37,016 nt of DNA from Candidatus Melainabacteria bacterium 17Bon1m (lineage in GTDB: Bacteria; Cyanobacteriota; Vampirovibrionia; Obscuribacterales; Obscuribacteraceae): positions 1 to 37,016 of the forward strand of contig JAVLKG010000021.1 in the NCBI GenBank assembly GCA_032128875.1, in the 5' to 3' direction. The notes below the pieces were generated by a model. That model worked only from the letters and a program-made list of their open reading frames with translations, was not told the DNA's origin and did no database searches. Below are positions 36,917-37,016 of the stretch, piece by piece; the stretch's first letter is position 1, and every line of letters begins with the position of its first letter. The position numbers and the translations under genes are program-made.

Positions 36917-37016
<100 letters not shown>

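Overview
Bacterial chromosomal window of about 50% GC. The cyanobacterial/archaeal-type CobT and the rplS-rbgA-rnhB block suggest a non-photosynthetic Cyanobacteriota relative such as Vampirovibrionia; this is inference only. The first 25.4 kb is a tandem array of three paralogous surface-protein genes on the + strand: one 3' fragment, one of about 4965 aa and one of 3060 aa. The two complete proteins have a Sec signal peptide, a conserved N-terminal domain without the TPS NPNG motif, and a variable G/S/T/N-rich haemagglutinin-like beta-helical stalk. All three end in a highly conserved His-rich, partly FecR-like C-terminal domain that is not an autotransporter barrel. No cognate secretion gene lies in the window. 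The remainder holds a membrane protein, cobT, a pseudo-receiver GGDEF protein, an acyl-CoA dehydrogenase, two J-domain proteins, rnhB, an atypical rbgA, rplS, nrdR, a TPR protein and a poly-Pro gene end. Non-coding signals include a family of GTAG/GGAG/GTGG-tagged REP-like palindromes (at stop codons, in clusters between convergent genes, tandemly amplified, and in-frame inside the largest gene) and a roughly 150-nt minus-strand structured-RNA candidate at 27807-27958.
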